Below the pieces are notes generated by a model. It ran no database searches. It was not told the origin of the DNA and saw nothing but the letters and a program-made list of their open reading frames with translations. Positions 47,501 through 62,500 of a stretch of 64,000 nt of DNA are shown one piece after another. The translations under genes and the position numbers were made by a program. This DNA comes from Blastocladiella emersonii ATCC 22665 (Eukaryota; Fungi; Blastocladiomycota), in contig JANHCV010000014.1 of assembly GCA_025594325.1 (NCBI GenBank), forward strand, positions 1,190,857 through 1,254,856, given 5' to 3'. The first letter of the stretch is position 1; every line of letters begins with the position of its first letter.

Positions 47501-50500
47501 AGATGTGAGTACGGTTTTGTTTGAGTTCTCTGACAATTATCTGCGTGGCTTGTTTAGTATATTCCCATGTTCAGATATTTTGTTGAGTCGATATTACGAT
47601 TTATGGGTCCCCAACGAGGTGGACATGCAGGAAGTCAACAACTTGAATATGGTTTTGTTTGGGTACTATGACAATTACGTACGTGGCTGGGTTACTATAT
47701 TCCCATGGTCAGATATTTTGGTGGTTCGATACTGTGATTTATGGGTTCCTGGCTAGCTGGTCATGCGGGTGGTCAAGGATTTGAATATGGTTTTGTTTGA
47801 GTACCATGAGAATCATGTACGTGGCTGGTTTGGTACATCCCAAACATCGGCTAATTTGTTTCGTGCATGTTGCGATTTGTGGGGGGTCGGATTGGGCCGG
47901 ACGTTGGCTGCAGCAAGGTCCCTCGGTCAAAATTCGACACAGTTGCTCCCCCTCCCTCTCTGTCATGCAGATAGTGGGTGGTGGCCGACCCATCCTGACC
48001 GCGCGCGGCCCGTATGAAGGTCCGCATCCACCCATCCATCCATCCATCCATTCATTCAACACTCACTCCATCACGCACCTTTTCACTTGTGTTGTTTGCC
48101 AGCCAGCTAGACAGCTAGCCAGGTAGCCAGGTAGCCAGATCCTGCTGCTGCTACCTACCTACCCTGCCTCCAACAACGCCCGCCGCGTCATGAGCCAGGC
48201 AGGGCCGTGCCGCGACAAATGGCCGCGGCAGGCGTGTACGGTAATTGTACCTGTACCATACTTTCCATGGCCGCCCCGCCACCCTGACTTGGTCCTTGTA
48301 TGTCACTTGGTCACCTTGGTCACCTTAGTCACTTGGTCACTTGGTCACTTGGTCACTTGGTCACTTGGTCACTTGGTCACTTTGCGCGTGTGATGGTGGA
48401 CGAGTGAGTCCAGGCATGCACGCACAAAAGCCCGCACGCCCACGTGTACTCCTGCCAGGAGCGCCTGGTGTGGGTCATTCACCCACCATTCAGTTAGTAG
48501 TCCCTAGCACTCCTTGGCCTTGGTACTGTCTCCTGCAGGAGGAGCCCTGCCGCGTTAGCCCTCTGCAGCCCTCTGCAGCACTCTGCAGCACTCTGTCGCC
48601 GTACGGCCGCTGCCCTGTTTGCAACGTACGTTGGCCAGGGCGAGGCAGGTGCTGTGTTGTTGCTTGCCACTTGGCTGCCACCAAGTGCAGGCGCACCCAT
48701 CGCAAAGCGTTCTGATGGACCCCGCGGCCATGAAAGCATGGGGCAGCACTGGACATGAATGAATCAAGCAATTGATGGCACTCGGAGGGCAGGCAGGCGC
48801 ACCCGTTGGCGCAAGCAGACCTGGAGGATGGATCATTCTTGAGTTCAGGAAGCCTTGCCTGCCCGCCGTTCATGCGAGCGTGTGTGTGACACCAGCGTGG
48901 CCGTTTGCGCCGTGTGCGCAGCGCGTGGTGCGTCGGGCGCTGTGCGGTGTGCGCGGTGCGCGGTGCGCGGTGTGCATCCGTCAGCGGGTGAGTGGTTTCA
49001 CGCCGAGGGAGAGCGGAGCTGCTCGTAACCCTCCCTGGCCCATCATCACGCAGGACTTGGAGCTGACAGCAGAGCCGGCAGCAAGGAGGAGACCAGCCGT
49101 ATATTGCCTGACGAACACCTCTCAGACCACCTACGAGATAGATAAGAGCAACTGACTGGGAGCTGGCAGGCTGGCAGTCTGCCAGGCTGCCAGGGCTCAT
49201 CATTCATTCCTTTGTTTGCAGGGACGGCAACCAGAGTGTGCGGGCCCACCATGGCTTGAGATGCGGCGTGGGTGGTTGGTTGGCTGGTTGGCTGGTTGGC
49301 TGGTTGGCTGGTTGGCTGGTTGGCTGGCAGGTTGGCTGGTTGGCTGGCAGGTTGGCAGGTCTGGCAGGTTGTCTTTTGGCTCGTTGATTGGACCGTTCGC
49401 TTTGCCGACGGGTTCAATAATTGGAGGAGGATCGAAGAGTTGGATAGTGGAGTGTGCGCAAAGTGGTAGATTTGGACATCTGCCGGTCTGGGTGCTTGCC
49501 CACCTGGACGTGAGGGTATTCGAAGGTCTGAAGATGGTTTGTTTGAGTACCATGACAATAATCAGCGTGGCGAGTTTGATACAACCGGAACATCAGATAC
49601 TATGTTGTTGGTTCGATACTGTGATTTATAGGTCCTTGCCCACCAGATCATGGGGGGTGTGCGAAGATTTGAATATGGTTTTGTTTTGGTACTATGACGA
49701 TTACCTACGTGGCTGGTTTACTATATTCCCATGGTCAGATAATTTGTTACGTCGATATTACGATTTATTGGTCCCCAACCAGCTGGACATGCAGGAAGTC
49801 AAAGACTTGAACATGGTTTTGTTTGAGTGCTCTGACAATTATCTGCGTGGCTTGTTTATTATATTCCCATGTTCAGATATTTTGTTGAGTCGATATTACG
49901 ATTTATGGGTGCCTGGCTAGCTGGTCATGCGGGTGGTCAAGGATTTGAATATGGTTTTGTTTGAGTACCATGACAATTGTCGGAGTGGCTCGTTTACAAT
50001 ATTGCTCTGCCCAGATTCATGGTTGCTTCGATACTGTAATTTATAGGAGCCAGGCTAGCTGGACATGCGGGAAGTCAAAGATGTGAGTACGGTTTTGTTT
50101 GAGTTCTCTGACAATTATCTGCGTGGCTTGTTTAGTATATTCCCATGTTCAGATATTTTGTTGAGTCGATATTACGATTTATGGGTCCCCAACGAGGTGG
50201 ACATGCAGGAAGTCAACAACTTGAATATGGTTTTGTTTGGGTACTATGACAATTACGTACGTGGCTGGGTTACTATATTCCCATGGTCAGATATTTTGGT
50301 GGTTCGATACTGTGATTTATGGGTTCCTGGCTAGCTGGTCATGCGGGTGGTCAAGGATTTGAATATGGTTTTGTTTGAGTACCATGAGAATCATGTACGT
50401 GGCTGGTTTGGTACATCCCAAACATCGGCTAATTTGTTTCGTGCATGTTGCGATTTGTGGGGGGTCGGATTGGGCCGGACGTTGGCTGCAGCAAGGTCCC

Positions 50501-53500
50501 TCGGTCAAAATTCGACACAGTTGCTCCCCCTCCCTCTCTGTCATGCAGATAGTGGGTGGTGGCCGACCCATCCTGACCGCGCGCGGCCCGTATGAAGGTC
50601 CGCATCCACCCATCCATCCATCCATCCATTCATTCAACACTCACTCCATCACGCACCTTTTCACTTGTGTTGTTTGCCAGCCAGCTAGACAGCTAGCCAG
50701 GTAGCCAGGTAGCCAGATCCTGCTGCTGCTACCTACCTACCCTGCCTCCAACAACGCCCGCCGCGTCATGAGCCAGGCAGGGCCGTGCCGCGACAAATGG
50801 CCGCGGCAGGCGTGTACGGTAATTGTACCTGTACCATACTTTCCATGGCCGCCCCGCCACCCTGACTTGGTCCTTGTATGTCACTTGGTCACCTTGGTCA
50901 CCTTGGTCACTTGGTCACTTGGTCACTTGGTCACTTGGTCACTTTGCGCGTGTGATGGTGGACGAGTGAGTCCAGGCATGCACGCACAAAAGCCCGCACG
51001 CCCACGTGTACTCCTGCCAGGAGCGCCTGGTGTGGGTCATTCACCCACCATTCAGTTAGTAGTCCCTAGCACTCCTTGGCCTTGGTACTGTCTCCTGCAG
51101 GAGGAGCCCTGCCGCGTTAGCCCTCTGCAGCCCTCTGCAGCACTCTGCAGCACTCTGTCGCCGTACGGCCGCTGCCCTGTTTGCAACGTACGTTGGCCAG
51201 GGCGAGGCAGGTGCTGTGTTGTTGCTTGCCACTTGGCTGCCACCAAGTGCAGGCGCACCCATCGCAAAGCGTTCTGATGGACCCCGCGGCCACGAAAGCA
51301 TGGGGCAGCACTGGACATGAATGAATCAAGCAATTGATGGCACTCGGAGGGCAGGCAGGCGCACCCGTTGGCGCAAGCAGACCTGGAGGATGGATCATTC
51401 TTGAGTTCAGGAAGCCTTGCCTGCCCGCCGTTCATGCGAGCGTGTGTGTGACACCAGCGTGGCCGTTTGCGCCGTGTGCGCAGCGCGTGGTGCGTCGGGC
51501 GCTGTGCGGTGTGCGCGGTGCGCGGTGCGCGGTGTGCATCCGTCAGCGGGTGAGTGGTTTCACGCCGAGGGAGAGCGGAGCTGCTCGTAACCCTCCCTGG
51601 CCCATCATCACGCAGGACTTGGAGCTGACAGCAGAGCCGGCAGCAAGGAGGAGACCAGCCGTATATTGCCTGACGAACACCTCTCAGACCACCTACGAGA
51701 TAGATAAGAGCAACTGACTGGGAGCTGGCAGGCTGGCAGTCTGCCAGGCTGCCAGGGCTCATCATTCATTCCTTTGTTTGCAGGGACGGCAACCAGAGTG
51801 TGCGGGCCCACCATGGCTTGAGATGCGGCGTGGGTGGTTGGTTGGCTGGTTGGCTGGTTGGCTGGTTGGCTGGTTGGCTGGTTGGCTGGCAGGTTGGCTG
51901 GTTGGCTGGCAGGTTGGCAGGTCTGGCAGGTTGTCTTTTGGCTCGTTGATTGGACCGTTCGCTTTGCCGACGGGTTCAATAATTGGAGGAGGATCGAAGA
52001 GTTGGATAGTGGAGTGTGCGCAAAGTGGTAGATTTGGACATCTGCCGGTCTGGGTGCTTGCCCACCTGGACGTGAGGGTATTCGAAGGTCTGAAGATGGT
52101 TTGTTTGAGTACCATGACAATAATCAGCGTGGCGAGTTTGATACAACCGGAACATCAGATACTATGTTGTTGGTTCGATACTGTGATTTATAGGTCCTTG
52201 CCCACCAGATCATGGGGGGTGTGCGAAGATTTGAATATGGTTTTGTTTTGGTACTATGACGATTACCTACGTGGCTGGTTTACTATATTCCCATGGTCAG
52301 ATAATTTGTTACGTCGATATTACGATTTATTGGTCCCCAACCAGCTGGACATGCAGGAAGTCAAAGACTTGAACATGGTTTTGTTTGAGTGCTCTGACAA
52401 TTATCTGCGTGGCTTGTTTATTATATTCCCATGTTCAGATATTTTGTTGAGTCGATATTACGATTTATGGGTGCCTGGCTAGCTGGTCATGCGGGTGGTC
52501 AAGGATTTGAATATGGTTTTGTTTGAGTACCATGACAATTGTCGGAGTGGCTCGTTTACAATATTGCTCTGCCCAGATTCATGGTTGCTTCGATACTGTA
52601 ATTTATAGGAGCCAGGCTAGCTGGACATGCGGGAAGTCAAAGATGTGAGTACGGTTTTGTTTGAGTTCTCTGACAATTATCTGCGTGGCTTGTTTAGTAT
52701 ATTCCCATGTTCAGATATTTTGTTGAGTCGATATTACGATTTATGGGTCCCCAACGAGGTGGACATGCAGGAAGTCAACAACTTGAATATGGTTTTGTTT
52801 GGGTACTATGACAATTACGTACGTGGCTGGGTTACTATATTCCCATGGTCAGATATTTTGGTGGTTCGATACTGTGATTTATGGGTTCCTGGCTAGCTGG
52901 TCGTGCGGGTGGTCAAGGATTTGAATATGGTTTTGTTTGAGTACCATGAGAATCATGTACGTGGCTGGTTTGGTACATCCCAAACATCGGCTAATTTGTT
53001 TCGTGCATGTTGCGATTTGTGGGGGGTCGGATTGGGCCGGACGTTGGCTGCAGCAAGGTCCCTCGGTCAAAATTCGACACAGTTGCTCCCCCTCCCTCTC
53101 TGTCATGCAGATAGTGGGTGGTGGCCGACCCATCCTGACCGCGCGCGGCCCGTATGAAGGTCCGCATCCACCCATCCATCCATCCATCCATTCATTCAAC
53201 ACTCACTCCATCACGCACCTTTTCACTTGTGTTGTTTGCCAGCCAGCTAGACAGCTAGCCAGGTAGCCAGGTAGCCAGATCCTGCTGCTGCTACCTACCT
53301 ACCCTGCCTCCAACAACGCCCGCCGCGTCATGAGCCAGGCAGGGCCGTGCCGCGACAAATGGCCGCGGCAGGCGTGTACGGTAATTGTACCTGTACCATA
53401 CTTTCCATGGCCGCCCCGCCACCCTGACTTGGTCCTTGTATGTCACTTGGTCACCTTGGTCACCTTAGTCACTTGGTCACTTGGTCACTTGGTCACTTGG

Positions 53501-56500
53501 TCACTTGGTCACTTGGTCACTTTGCGCGTGTGATGGTGGACGAGTGAGTCCAGGCATGCACGCACAAAAGCCCGCACGCCCACGTGTACTCCTGCCAGGA
53601 GCGCCTGGTGTGGGTCATTCACCCACCATTCAGTTAGTAGTCCCTAGCACTCCTTGGCCTTGGTACTGTCTCCTGCAGGAGGAGCCCTGCCGCGTTAGCC
53701 CTCTGCAGCCCTCTGCAGCACTCTGCAGCACTCTGTCGCCGTACGGCCGCTGCCCTGTTTGCAACGTACGTTGGCCAGGGCGAGGCAGGTGCTGTGTTGT
53801 TGCTTGCCACTTGGCTGCCACCAAGTGCAGGCGCACCCATCGCAAAGCGTTCTGATGGACCCCGCGGCCATGAAAGCATGGGGCAGCACTGGACATGAAT
53901 GAATCAAGCAATTGATGGCACTCGGAGGGCAGGCAGGCGCACCCGTTGGCGCAAGCAGACCTGGAGGATGGATCATTCTTGAGTTCAGGAAGCCTTGCCT
54001 GCCCGCCGTTCATGCGAGCGTGTGTGTGACACCAGCGTGGCCGTTTGCGCCGTGTGCGCAGCGCGTGGTGCGTCGGGCGCTGTGCGGTGTGCGCGGTGCG
54101 CGGTGCGCGGTGTGCATCCGTCAGCGGGTGAGTGGTTTCACGCCGAGGGAGAGCGGAGCTGCTCGTAACCCTCCCTGGCCCATCATCACGCAGGACTTGG
54201 AGCTGACAGCAGAGCCGGCAGCAAGGAGGAGACCAGCCGTATATTGCCTGACGAACACCTCTCAGACCACCTACGAGATAGATAAGAGCAACTGACTGGG
54301 AGCTGGCAGGCTGGCAGTCTGCCAGGCTGCCAGGGCTCATCATTCATTCCTTTGTTTGCAGGGACGGCAACCAGAGTGTGCGGGCCCACCATGGCTTGAG
54401 ATGCGGCGTGGGTGGTTGGTTGGCTGGTTGGCTGGTTGGCTGGTTGGCTGGTTGGCTGGTTGGCTGGTTGGCTGGTTGGCTGGCAGGTTGGCAGGTCTGG
54501 CAGGTTGTCTTTTGGCTCGTTGATTGGACCGTTCGCTTTGCCGACGGGTTCAATAATTGGAGGAGGATCGAAGCGTTGGATAGTGGAGTGTGCGCAAAGT
54601 GGTAGATTTGGACATCTGCCGGTCTGGGTGCTTGCCCACCTGGACGTGAGGGTATTCGAAGATCTGAAGATGGTTTGTTTGAGTACCATGACAATAATCA
54701 GCGTGGCGAGTTTGATACAACCGGAACATCAGATACTATGTTGTTGGTTCGATACTGTGATTTATAGGTCCTTGCCCACCAGATCATGGGGGGTGTGCGA
54801 AGATTTGAATATGGTTTTGTTTTGGTACTATGACGATTACCTACGTGGCTGGTTTACTATATTCCCATGGTCAGATAATTTGTTACGTCGATATTACGAT
54901 TTATTGGTCCCCAACCAGCTGGACATGCAGGAAGTCAAAGACTTGAACATGGTTTTGTTTGAGTGCTCTGACAATTATCTGCGTGGCTTGTTTATTATAT
55001 TCCCATGTTCAGATATTTTGTTGAGTCGATATTACGATTTATGGGTGCCTGGCTAGCTGGTCATGCGGGTGGTCAAGGATTTGAATATGGTTTTGTTTGA
55101 GTACCATGACAATTGTCGGAGTGGCTCGTTTACAATATTGCTCTGCCCAGATTCATGGTTGCTTCGATACTGTAATTTATAGGAGCCAGGCTAGCTGGAC
55201 ATGCGGGAAGTCAAAGATGTGAGTACGGTTTTGTTTGAGTTCTCTGACAATTATCTGCGTGGCTTGTTTAGTATATTCCCATGTTCAGATATTTTGTTGA
55301 GTCGATATTACGATTTATGGGTCCCCAACGAGGTGGACATGCAGGAAGTCAACAACTTGAATATGGTTTTGTTTGGGTACTATGACAATTACGTACGTGG
55401 CTGGGTTACTATATTCCCATGGTCAGATATTTTGGTGGTTCGATACTGTGATTTATGGGTTCCTGGCTAGCTGGTCATGCGGGTGGTCAAGGATTTGAAT
55501 ATGGTTTTGTTTGAGTACCATGAGAATCATGTACGTGGCTGGTTTGGTACATCCCAAACATCGGCTAATTTGTTTCGTGCATGTTGCGATTTGTGGGGGG
55601 TCGGATTGGGCCGGACGTTGGCTGCAGCAAGGTCCCTCGGTCAAAATTCGACACAGTTGCTCCCCCTCCCTCTCTGTCATGCAGATAGTGGGTGGTGGCC
55701 GACCCATCCTGACCGCGCGCGGCCCGTATGAAGGTCCGCATCCACCCATCCATCCATCCATCCATTCATTCAACACTCACTCCATCACGCACCTTTTCAC
55801 TTGTGTTGTTTGCCAGCCAGCTAGACAGCTAGCCAGGTAGCCAGGTAGCCAGATCCTGCTGCTGCTACCTACCTACCCTGCCTCCAACAACGCCCGCCGC
55901 GTCATGAGCCAGGCAGGGCCGTGCCGCGACAAATGGCCGCGGCAGGCGTGTACGGTAATTGTACCTGTACCATACTTTCCATGGCCGCCCCGCCACCCTG
56001 ACTTGGTCCTTGTATGTCACTTGGTCACCTTGGTCACCTTAGTCACTTGGTCACTTGGTCACTTGGTCACTTGGTCACTTTGCGCGTGTGATGGTGGACG
56101 AGTGAGTCCAGGCATGCACGCACAAAAGCCCGCACGCCCACGTGTACTCCTGCCAGGAGCGCCTGGTGTGGGTCATTCACCCACCATTCAGTTAGTAGTC
56201 CCTAGCACTCCTTGGCCTTGGTACTGTCTCCTGCAGGAGGAGCCCTGCCGCGTTAGCCCTCTGCAGCCCTCTGCAGCACTCTGCAGCACTCTGTCGCCGT
56301 ACGGCCGCTGCCCTGTTTGCAACGTACGTTGGCCAGGGCGAGGCAGGTGCTGTGTTGTTGCTTGCCACTTGGCTGCCACCAAGTGCAGGCGCACCCATCG
56401 CAAAGCGTTCTGATGGACCCCGCGGCCATGAAAGCATGGGGCAGCACTGGACATGAATGAATCAAGCAATTGATGGCACTCGGAGGGCAGGCAGGCGCAC

Positions 56501-59500
56501 CCGTTGGCGCAAGCAGACCTGGAGGATGGATCATTCTTGAGTTCAGGAAGCCTTGCCTGCCCGCCGTTCATGCGAGCGTGTGTGTGACACCAGCGTGGCC
56601 GTTTGCGCCGTGTGCGCAGCGCGTGGTGCGTCGGGCGCTGTGCGGTGTGCGCGGTGCGCGGTGCGCGGTGTGCATCCGTCAGCGGGTGAGTGGTTTCACG
56701 CCGAGGGAGAGCGGAGCTGCTCGTAACCCTCCCTGGCCCATCATCACGCAGGACTTGGAGCTGACAGCAGAGCCGGCAGCAAGGAGGAGACCAGCCGTAT
56801 ATTGCCTGACGAACACCTCTCAGACCACCTACGAGATAGATAAGAGCAACTGACTGGGAGCTGGCAGGCTGGCAGTCTGCCAGGCTGCCAGGGCTCATCA
56901 TTCATTCCTTTGTTTGCAGGGACGGCAACCAGAGTGTGCGGGCCCACCATGGCTTGAGATGCGGCGTGGGTGGTTGGTTGGCTGGTTGGCTGGTTGGCTG
57001 GTTGGCTGGTTGGCTGGTTGGCTGGTTGGCTGGTTGGCTGGCAGGTTGGCAGGTCTGGCAGGTTGTCTTTTGGCTCGTTGATTGGACCGTTCGCTTTGCC
57101 GACGGGTTCAATAATTGGAGGAGGATCGAAGCGTTGGATAGTGGAGTGTGCGCAAAGTGGTAGATTTGGACATCTGCCGGTCTGGGTGCTTGCCCACCTG
57201 GACGTGAGGGTATTCGAAGATCTGAAGATGGTTTGTTTGAGTACCATGACAATAATCAGCGTGGCGAGTTTGATACAACCGGAACATCAGATACTATGTT
57301 GTTGGTTCGATACTGTGATTTATAGGTCCTTGCCCACCAGATCATGGGGGGTGTGCGAAGATTTGAATATGGTTTCGTTTTGGTACTATGACGATTACCT
57401 ACGTGGCTGGTTTACTATATTCCCATGGTCAGATAATTTGTTACGTCGATATTACGATTTATTGGTCCCCAACCAGCTGGACATGCAGGAAGTCAAAGAC
57501 TTGAACATGGTTTTGTTTGAGTGCTCTGACAATCATCTGCGTGGCTTGTTTATTATATTCCCATGTTCAGATATTTTGTTGAGTCGATATTACGATTTAT
57601 GGGTGCCTGGCTAGCTGGTCATGCGGGTGGTCAAGGATTTGAATATGGTTTTGTTTGAGTACCATGACAATTGTCGGAGTGGCTCGTTTACAATATTGCT
57701 CTGCCCAGATTCATGGTTGCTTCGATACTGTAATTTATAGGAGCCAGGCTAGCTGGACATGCGGGAAGTCAAAGATGTGAGTACGGTTTTGTTTGAGTTC
57801 TCTGACAATTATCTGCGTGGCTTGTTTAGTATATTCCCATGTTCAGATATTTTGTTGAGTCGATATTACGATTTATGGGTCCCCAACGAGGTGGACATGC
57901 AGGAAGTCAACAACTTGAATATGGTTTTGTTTGGGTACTATGACAATTACGTACGTGGCTGGGTTACTATATTCCCATGGTCAGATATTTTGGTGGTTCG
58001 ATACTGTGATTTATGGGTTCCTGGCTAGCTGGTCATGCGGGTGGTCAAGGATTTGAATATGGTTTTGTTTGAGTACCATGAGAATCATGTACGTGGCTGG
58101 TTTGGTACATCCCAAACATCGGCTAATTTGTTTCGTGCATGTTGCGATTTGTGGGGGGTCGGATTGGGCCGGACGTTGGCTGCAGCAAGGTCCCTCGGTC
58201 AAAATTCGACACAGTTGCTCCCCCTCCCTCTCTGTCATGCAGATAGTGGGTGGTGGCCGACCCATCCTGACCGCGCGCGGCCCGTATGAAGGTCCGCATC
58301 CACCCATCCATCCATCCATCCATTCATTCAACACTCACTCCATCACGCACCTTTTCACTTGTGTTGTTTGCCAGCCAGCTAGACAGCTAGCCAGGTAGCC
58401 AGGTAGCCAGATCCTGCTGCTGCTACCTACCTACCCTGCCTCCAACAACGCCCGCCGCGTCATGAGCCAGGCAGGGCCGTGCCGCGACAAATGGCCGCGG
58501 CAGGCGTGTACGGTAATTGTACCTGTACCATACTTTCCATGGCCGCCCCGCCACCCTGACTTGGTCCTTGTATGTCACTTGGTCACCTTGGTCACCTTAG
58601 TCACTTGGTCACTTGGTCACTTGGTCACTTGGTCACTTGGTCACTTGGTCACTTTGCGCGTGTGATGGTGGACGAGTGAGTCCAGGCATGCACGCACAAA
58701 AGCCCGCACGCCCACGTGTACTCCTGCCAGGAGCGCCTGGTGTGGGTCATTCACCCACCATTCAGTTAGTAGTCCCTAGCACTCCTTGGCCTTGGTACTG
58801 TCTCCTGCAGGAGGAGCCCTGCCGCGTTAGCCCTCTGCAGCCCTCTGCAGCACTCTGCAGCACTCTGTCGCCGTACGGCCGCTGCCCTGTTTGCAACGTA
58901 CGTTGGCCAGGGCGAGGCAGGTGCTGTGTTGTTGCTTGCCACTTGGCTGCCACCAAGTGCAGGCGCACCCATCGCAAAGCGTTCTGATGGACCCCGCGGC
59001 CATGAAAGCATGGGGCAGCACTGGACATGAATGAATCAAGCAATTGATGGCACTCGGAGGGCAGGCAGGCGCACCCGTTGGCGCAAGCAGACCTGGAGGA
59101 TGGATCATTCTTGAGTTCAGGAAGCCTTGCCTGCCCGCCGTTCATGCGAGCGTGTGTGTGACACCAGCGTGGCCGTTTGCGCCGTGTGCGCAGCGCGTGG
59201 TGCGTCGGGCGCTGTGCGGTGTGCGCGGTGCGCGGTGCGCGGTGTGCATCCGTCAGCGGGTGAGTGGTTTCACGCCGAGGGAGAGCGGAGCTGCTCGTAA
59301 CCCTCCCTGGCCCATCATCACGCAGGACTTGGAGCTGACAGCAGAGCCGGCAGCAAGGAGGAGACCAGCCGTATATTGCCTGACGAACACCTCTCAGACC
59401 ACCTACGAGATAGATAAGAGCAACTGACTGGGAGCTGGCAGGCTGGCAGTCTGCCAGGCTGCCAGGGCTCATCATTCATTCCTTTGTTTGCAGGGACGGC

Positions 59501-62500
59501 AACCAGAGTGTGCGGGCCCACCATGGCTTGAGATGCGGCGTGGGTGGTTGGTTGGCTGGTTGGCTGGTTGGCTGGTTGGCTGGTTGGCTGGTTGGCTGGT
59601 TGGCTGGTTGGCTGGCAGGTTGGCAGGTCTGGCAGGTTGTCTTTTGGCTCGTTGATTGGACCGTTCGCTTTGCCGACGGGTTCAATAATTGGAGGAGGAT
59701 CGAAGCGTTGGATAGTGGAGTGTGCGCAAAGTGGTAGATTTGGACATCTGCCGGTCTGGGTGCTTGCCCACCTGGACGTGAGGGTATTCGAAGATCTGAA
59801 GATGGTTTGTTTGAGTACCATGACAATAATCAGCGTGGCGAGTTTGATACAACCGGAACATCAGATACTATGTTGTTGGTTCGATACTGTGATTTATAGG
59901 TCCTTGCCCACCAGATCATGGGGGGTGTGCGAAGATTTGAATATGGTTTTGTTTTGGTACTATGACGATTACCTACGTGGCTGGTTTACTATATTCCCAT
60001 GGTCAGATAATTTGTTACGTCGATATTACGATTTATTGGTCCCCAACCAGCTGGACATGCAGGAAGTCAAAGACTTGAACATGGTTTTGTTTGAGTGCTC
60101 TGACAATTATCTGCGTGGCTTGTTTATTATATTCCCATGTTCAGATATTTTGTTGAGTCGATATTACGATTTATGGGTGCCTGGCTAGCTGGTCATGCGG
60201 GTGGTCAAGGATTTGAATATGGTTTTGTTTGAGTACCATGACAATTGTCGGAGTGGCTCGTTTACAATATTGCTCTGCCCAGATTCATGGTTGCTTCGAT
60301 ACTGTAATTTATAGGAGCCAGGCTAGCTGGACATGCGGGAAGTCAAAGATGTGAGTACGGTTTTGTTTGAGTTCTCTGACAATTATCTGCGTGGCTTGTT
60401 TAGTATATTCCCATGTTCAGATATTTTGTTGAGTCGATATTACGATTTATGGGTCCCCAACGAGGTGGACATGCAGGAAGTCAACAACTTGAATATGGTT
60501 TTGTTTGGGTACTATGACAATTACGTACGTGGCTGGGTTACTATATTCCCATGGTCAGATATTTTGGTGGTTCGATACTGTGATTTATGGGTTCCTGGCT
60601 AGCTGGTCATGCGGGTGGTCAAGGATTTGAATATGGTTTTGTTTGAGTACCATGAGAATCATGTACGTGGCTGGTTTGGTACATCCCAAACATCGGCTAA
60701 TTTGTTTCGTGCATGTTGCGATTTGTGGGGGGTCGGATTGGGCCGGACGTTGGCTGCAGCAAGGTCCCTCGGTCAAAATTCGACACAGTTGCTCCCCCTC
60801 CCTCTCTGTCATGCAGATAGTGGGTGGTGGCCGACCCATCCTGACCGCGCGCGGCCCGTATGAAGGTCCGCATCCACCCATCCATCCATCCATCCATTCA
60901 TTCAACACTCACTCCATCACGCACCTTTTCACTTGTGTTGTTTGCCAGCCAGCTAGACAGCTAGCCAGGTAGCCAGGTAGCCAGATCCTGCTGCTGCTAC
61001 CTACCTACCCTGCCTCCAACAACGCCCGCCGCGTCATGAGCCAGGCAGGGCCGTGCCGCGACAAATGGCCGCGGCAGGCGTGTACGGTAATTGTACCTGT
61101 ACCATACTTTCCATGGCCGCCCCGCCACCCTGACTTGGTCCTTGTATGTCACTTGGTCACCTTGGTCACCTTAGTCACTTGGTCACTTGGTCACTTGGTC
61201 ACTTGGTCACTTGGTCACTTGGTCACTTTGCGCGTGTGATGGTGGACGAGTGAGTCCAGGCATGCACGCACAAAAGCCCGCACGCCCACGTGTACTCCTG
61301 CCAGGAGCGCCTGGTGTGGGTCATTCACCCACCATTCAGTTAGTAGTCCCTAGCACTCCTTGGCCTTGGTACTGTCTCCTGCAGGAGGAGCCCTGCCGCG
61401 TTAGCCCTCTGCAGCCCTCTGCAGCACTCTGCAGCACTCTGTCGCCGTACGGCCGCTGCCCTGTTTGCAACGTACGTTGGCCAGGGCGAGGCAGGTGCTG
61501 TGTTGTTGCTTGCCACTTGGCTGCCACCAAGTGCAGGCGCACCCATCGCAAAGCGTTCTGATGGACCCCGCGGCCATGAAAGCATGGGGCAGCACTGGAC
61601 ATGAATGAATCAAGCAATTGATGGCACTCGGAGGGCAGGCAGGCGCACCCGTTGGCGCAAGCAGACCTGGAGGATGGATCATTCTTGAGTTCAGGAAGCC
61701 TTGCCTGCCCGCCGTTCATGCGAGCGTGTGTGTGACACCAGCGTGGCCGTTTGCGCCGTGTGCGCAGCGCGTGGTGCGTCGGGCGCTGTGCGGTGTGCGC
61801 GGTGCGCGGTGCGCGGTGTGCATCCGTCAGCGGGTGAGTGGTTTCACGCCGAGGGAGAGCGGAGCTGCTCGTAACCCTCCCTGGCCCATCATCACGCAGG
61901 ACTTGGAGCTGACAGCAGAGCCGGCAGCAAGGAGGAGACCAGCCGTATATTGCCTGACGAACACCTCTCAGACCACCTACGAGATAGATAAGAGCAACTG
62001 ACTGGGAGCTGGCAGGCTGGCAGTCTGCCAGGCTGCCAGGGCTCATCATTCATTCCTTTGTTTGCAGGGACGGCAACCAGAGTGTGCGGGCCCACCATGG
62101 CTTGAGATGCGGCGTGGGTGGTTGGTTGGCTGGTTGGCTGGTTGGCTGGTTGGCTGGTTGGCTGGTTGGCTGGTTGGCTGGTTGGCTGGCAGGTTGGCAG
62201 GTCTGGCAGGTTGTCTTTTGGCTCGTTGATTGGACCGTTCGCTTTGCCGACGGGTTCAATAATTGGAGGAGGATCGAAGCGTTGGATAGTGGAGTGTGCG
62301 CAAAGTGGTAGATTTGGACATCTGCCGGTCTGGGTGCTTGCCCACCTGGACGTGAGGGTATTCGAAGATCTGAAGATGGTTTGTTTGAGTACCATGACAA
62401 TAATCAGCGTGGCGAGTTTGATACAACCGGAACATCAGATACTATGTTGTTGGTTCGATACTGTGATTTATAGGTCCTTGCCCACCAGATCATGGGGGGT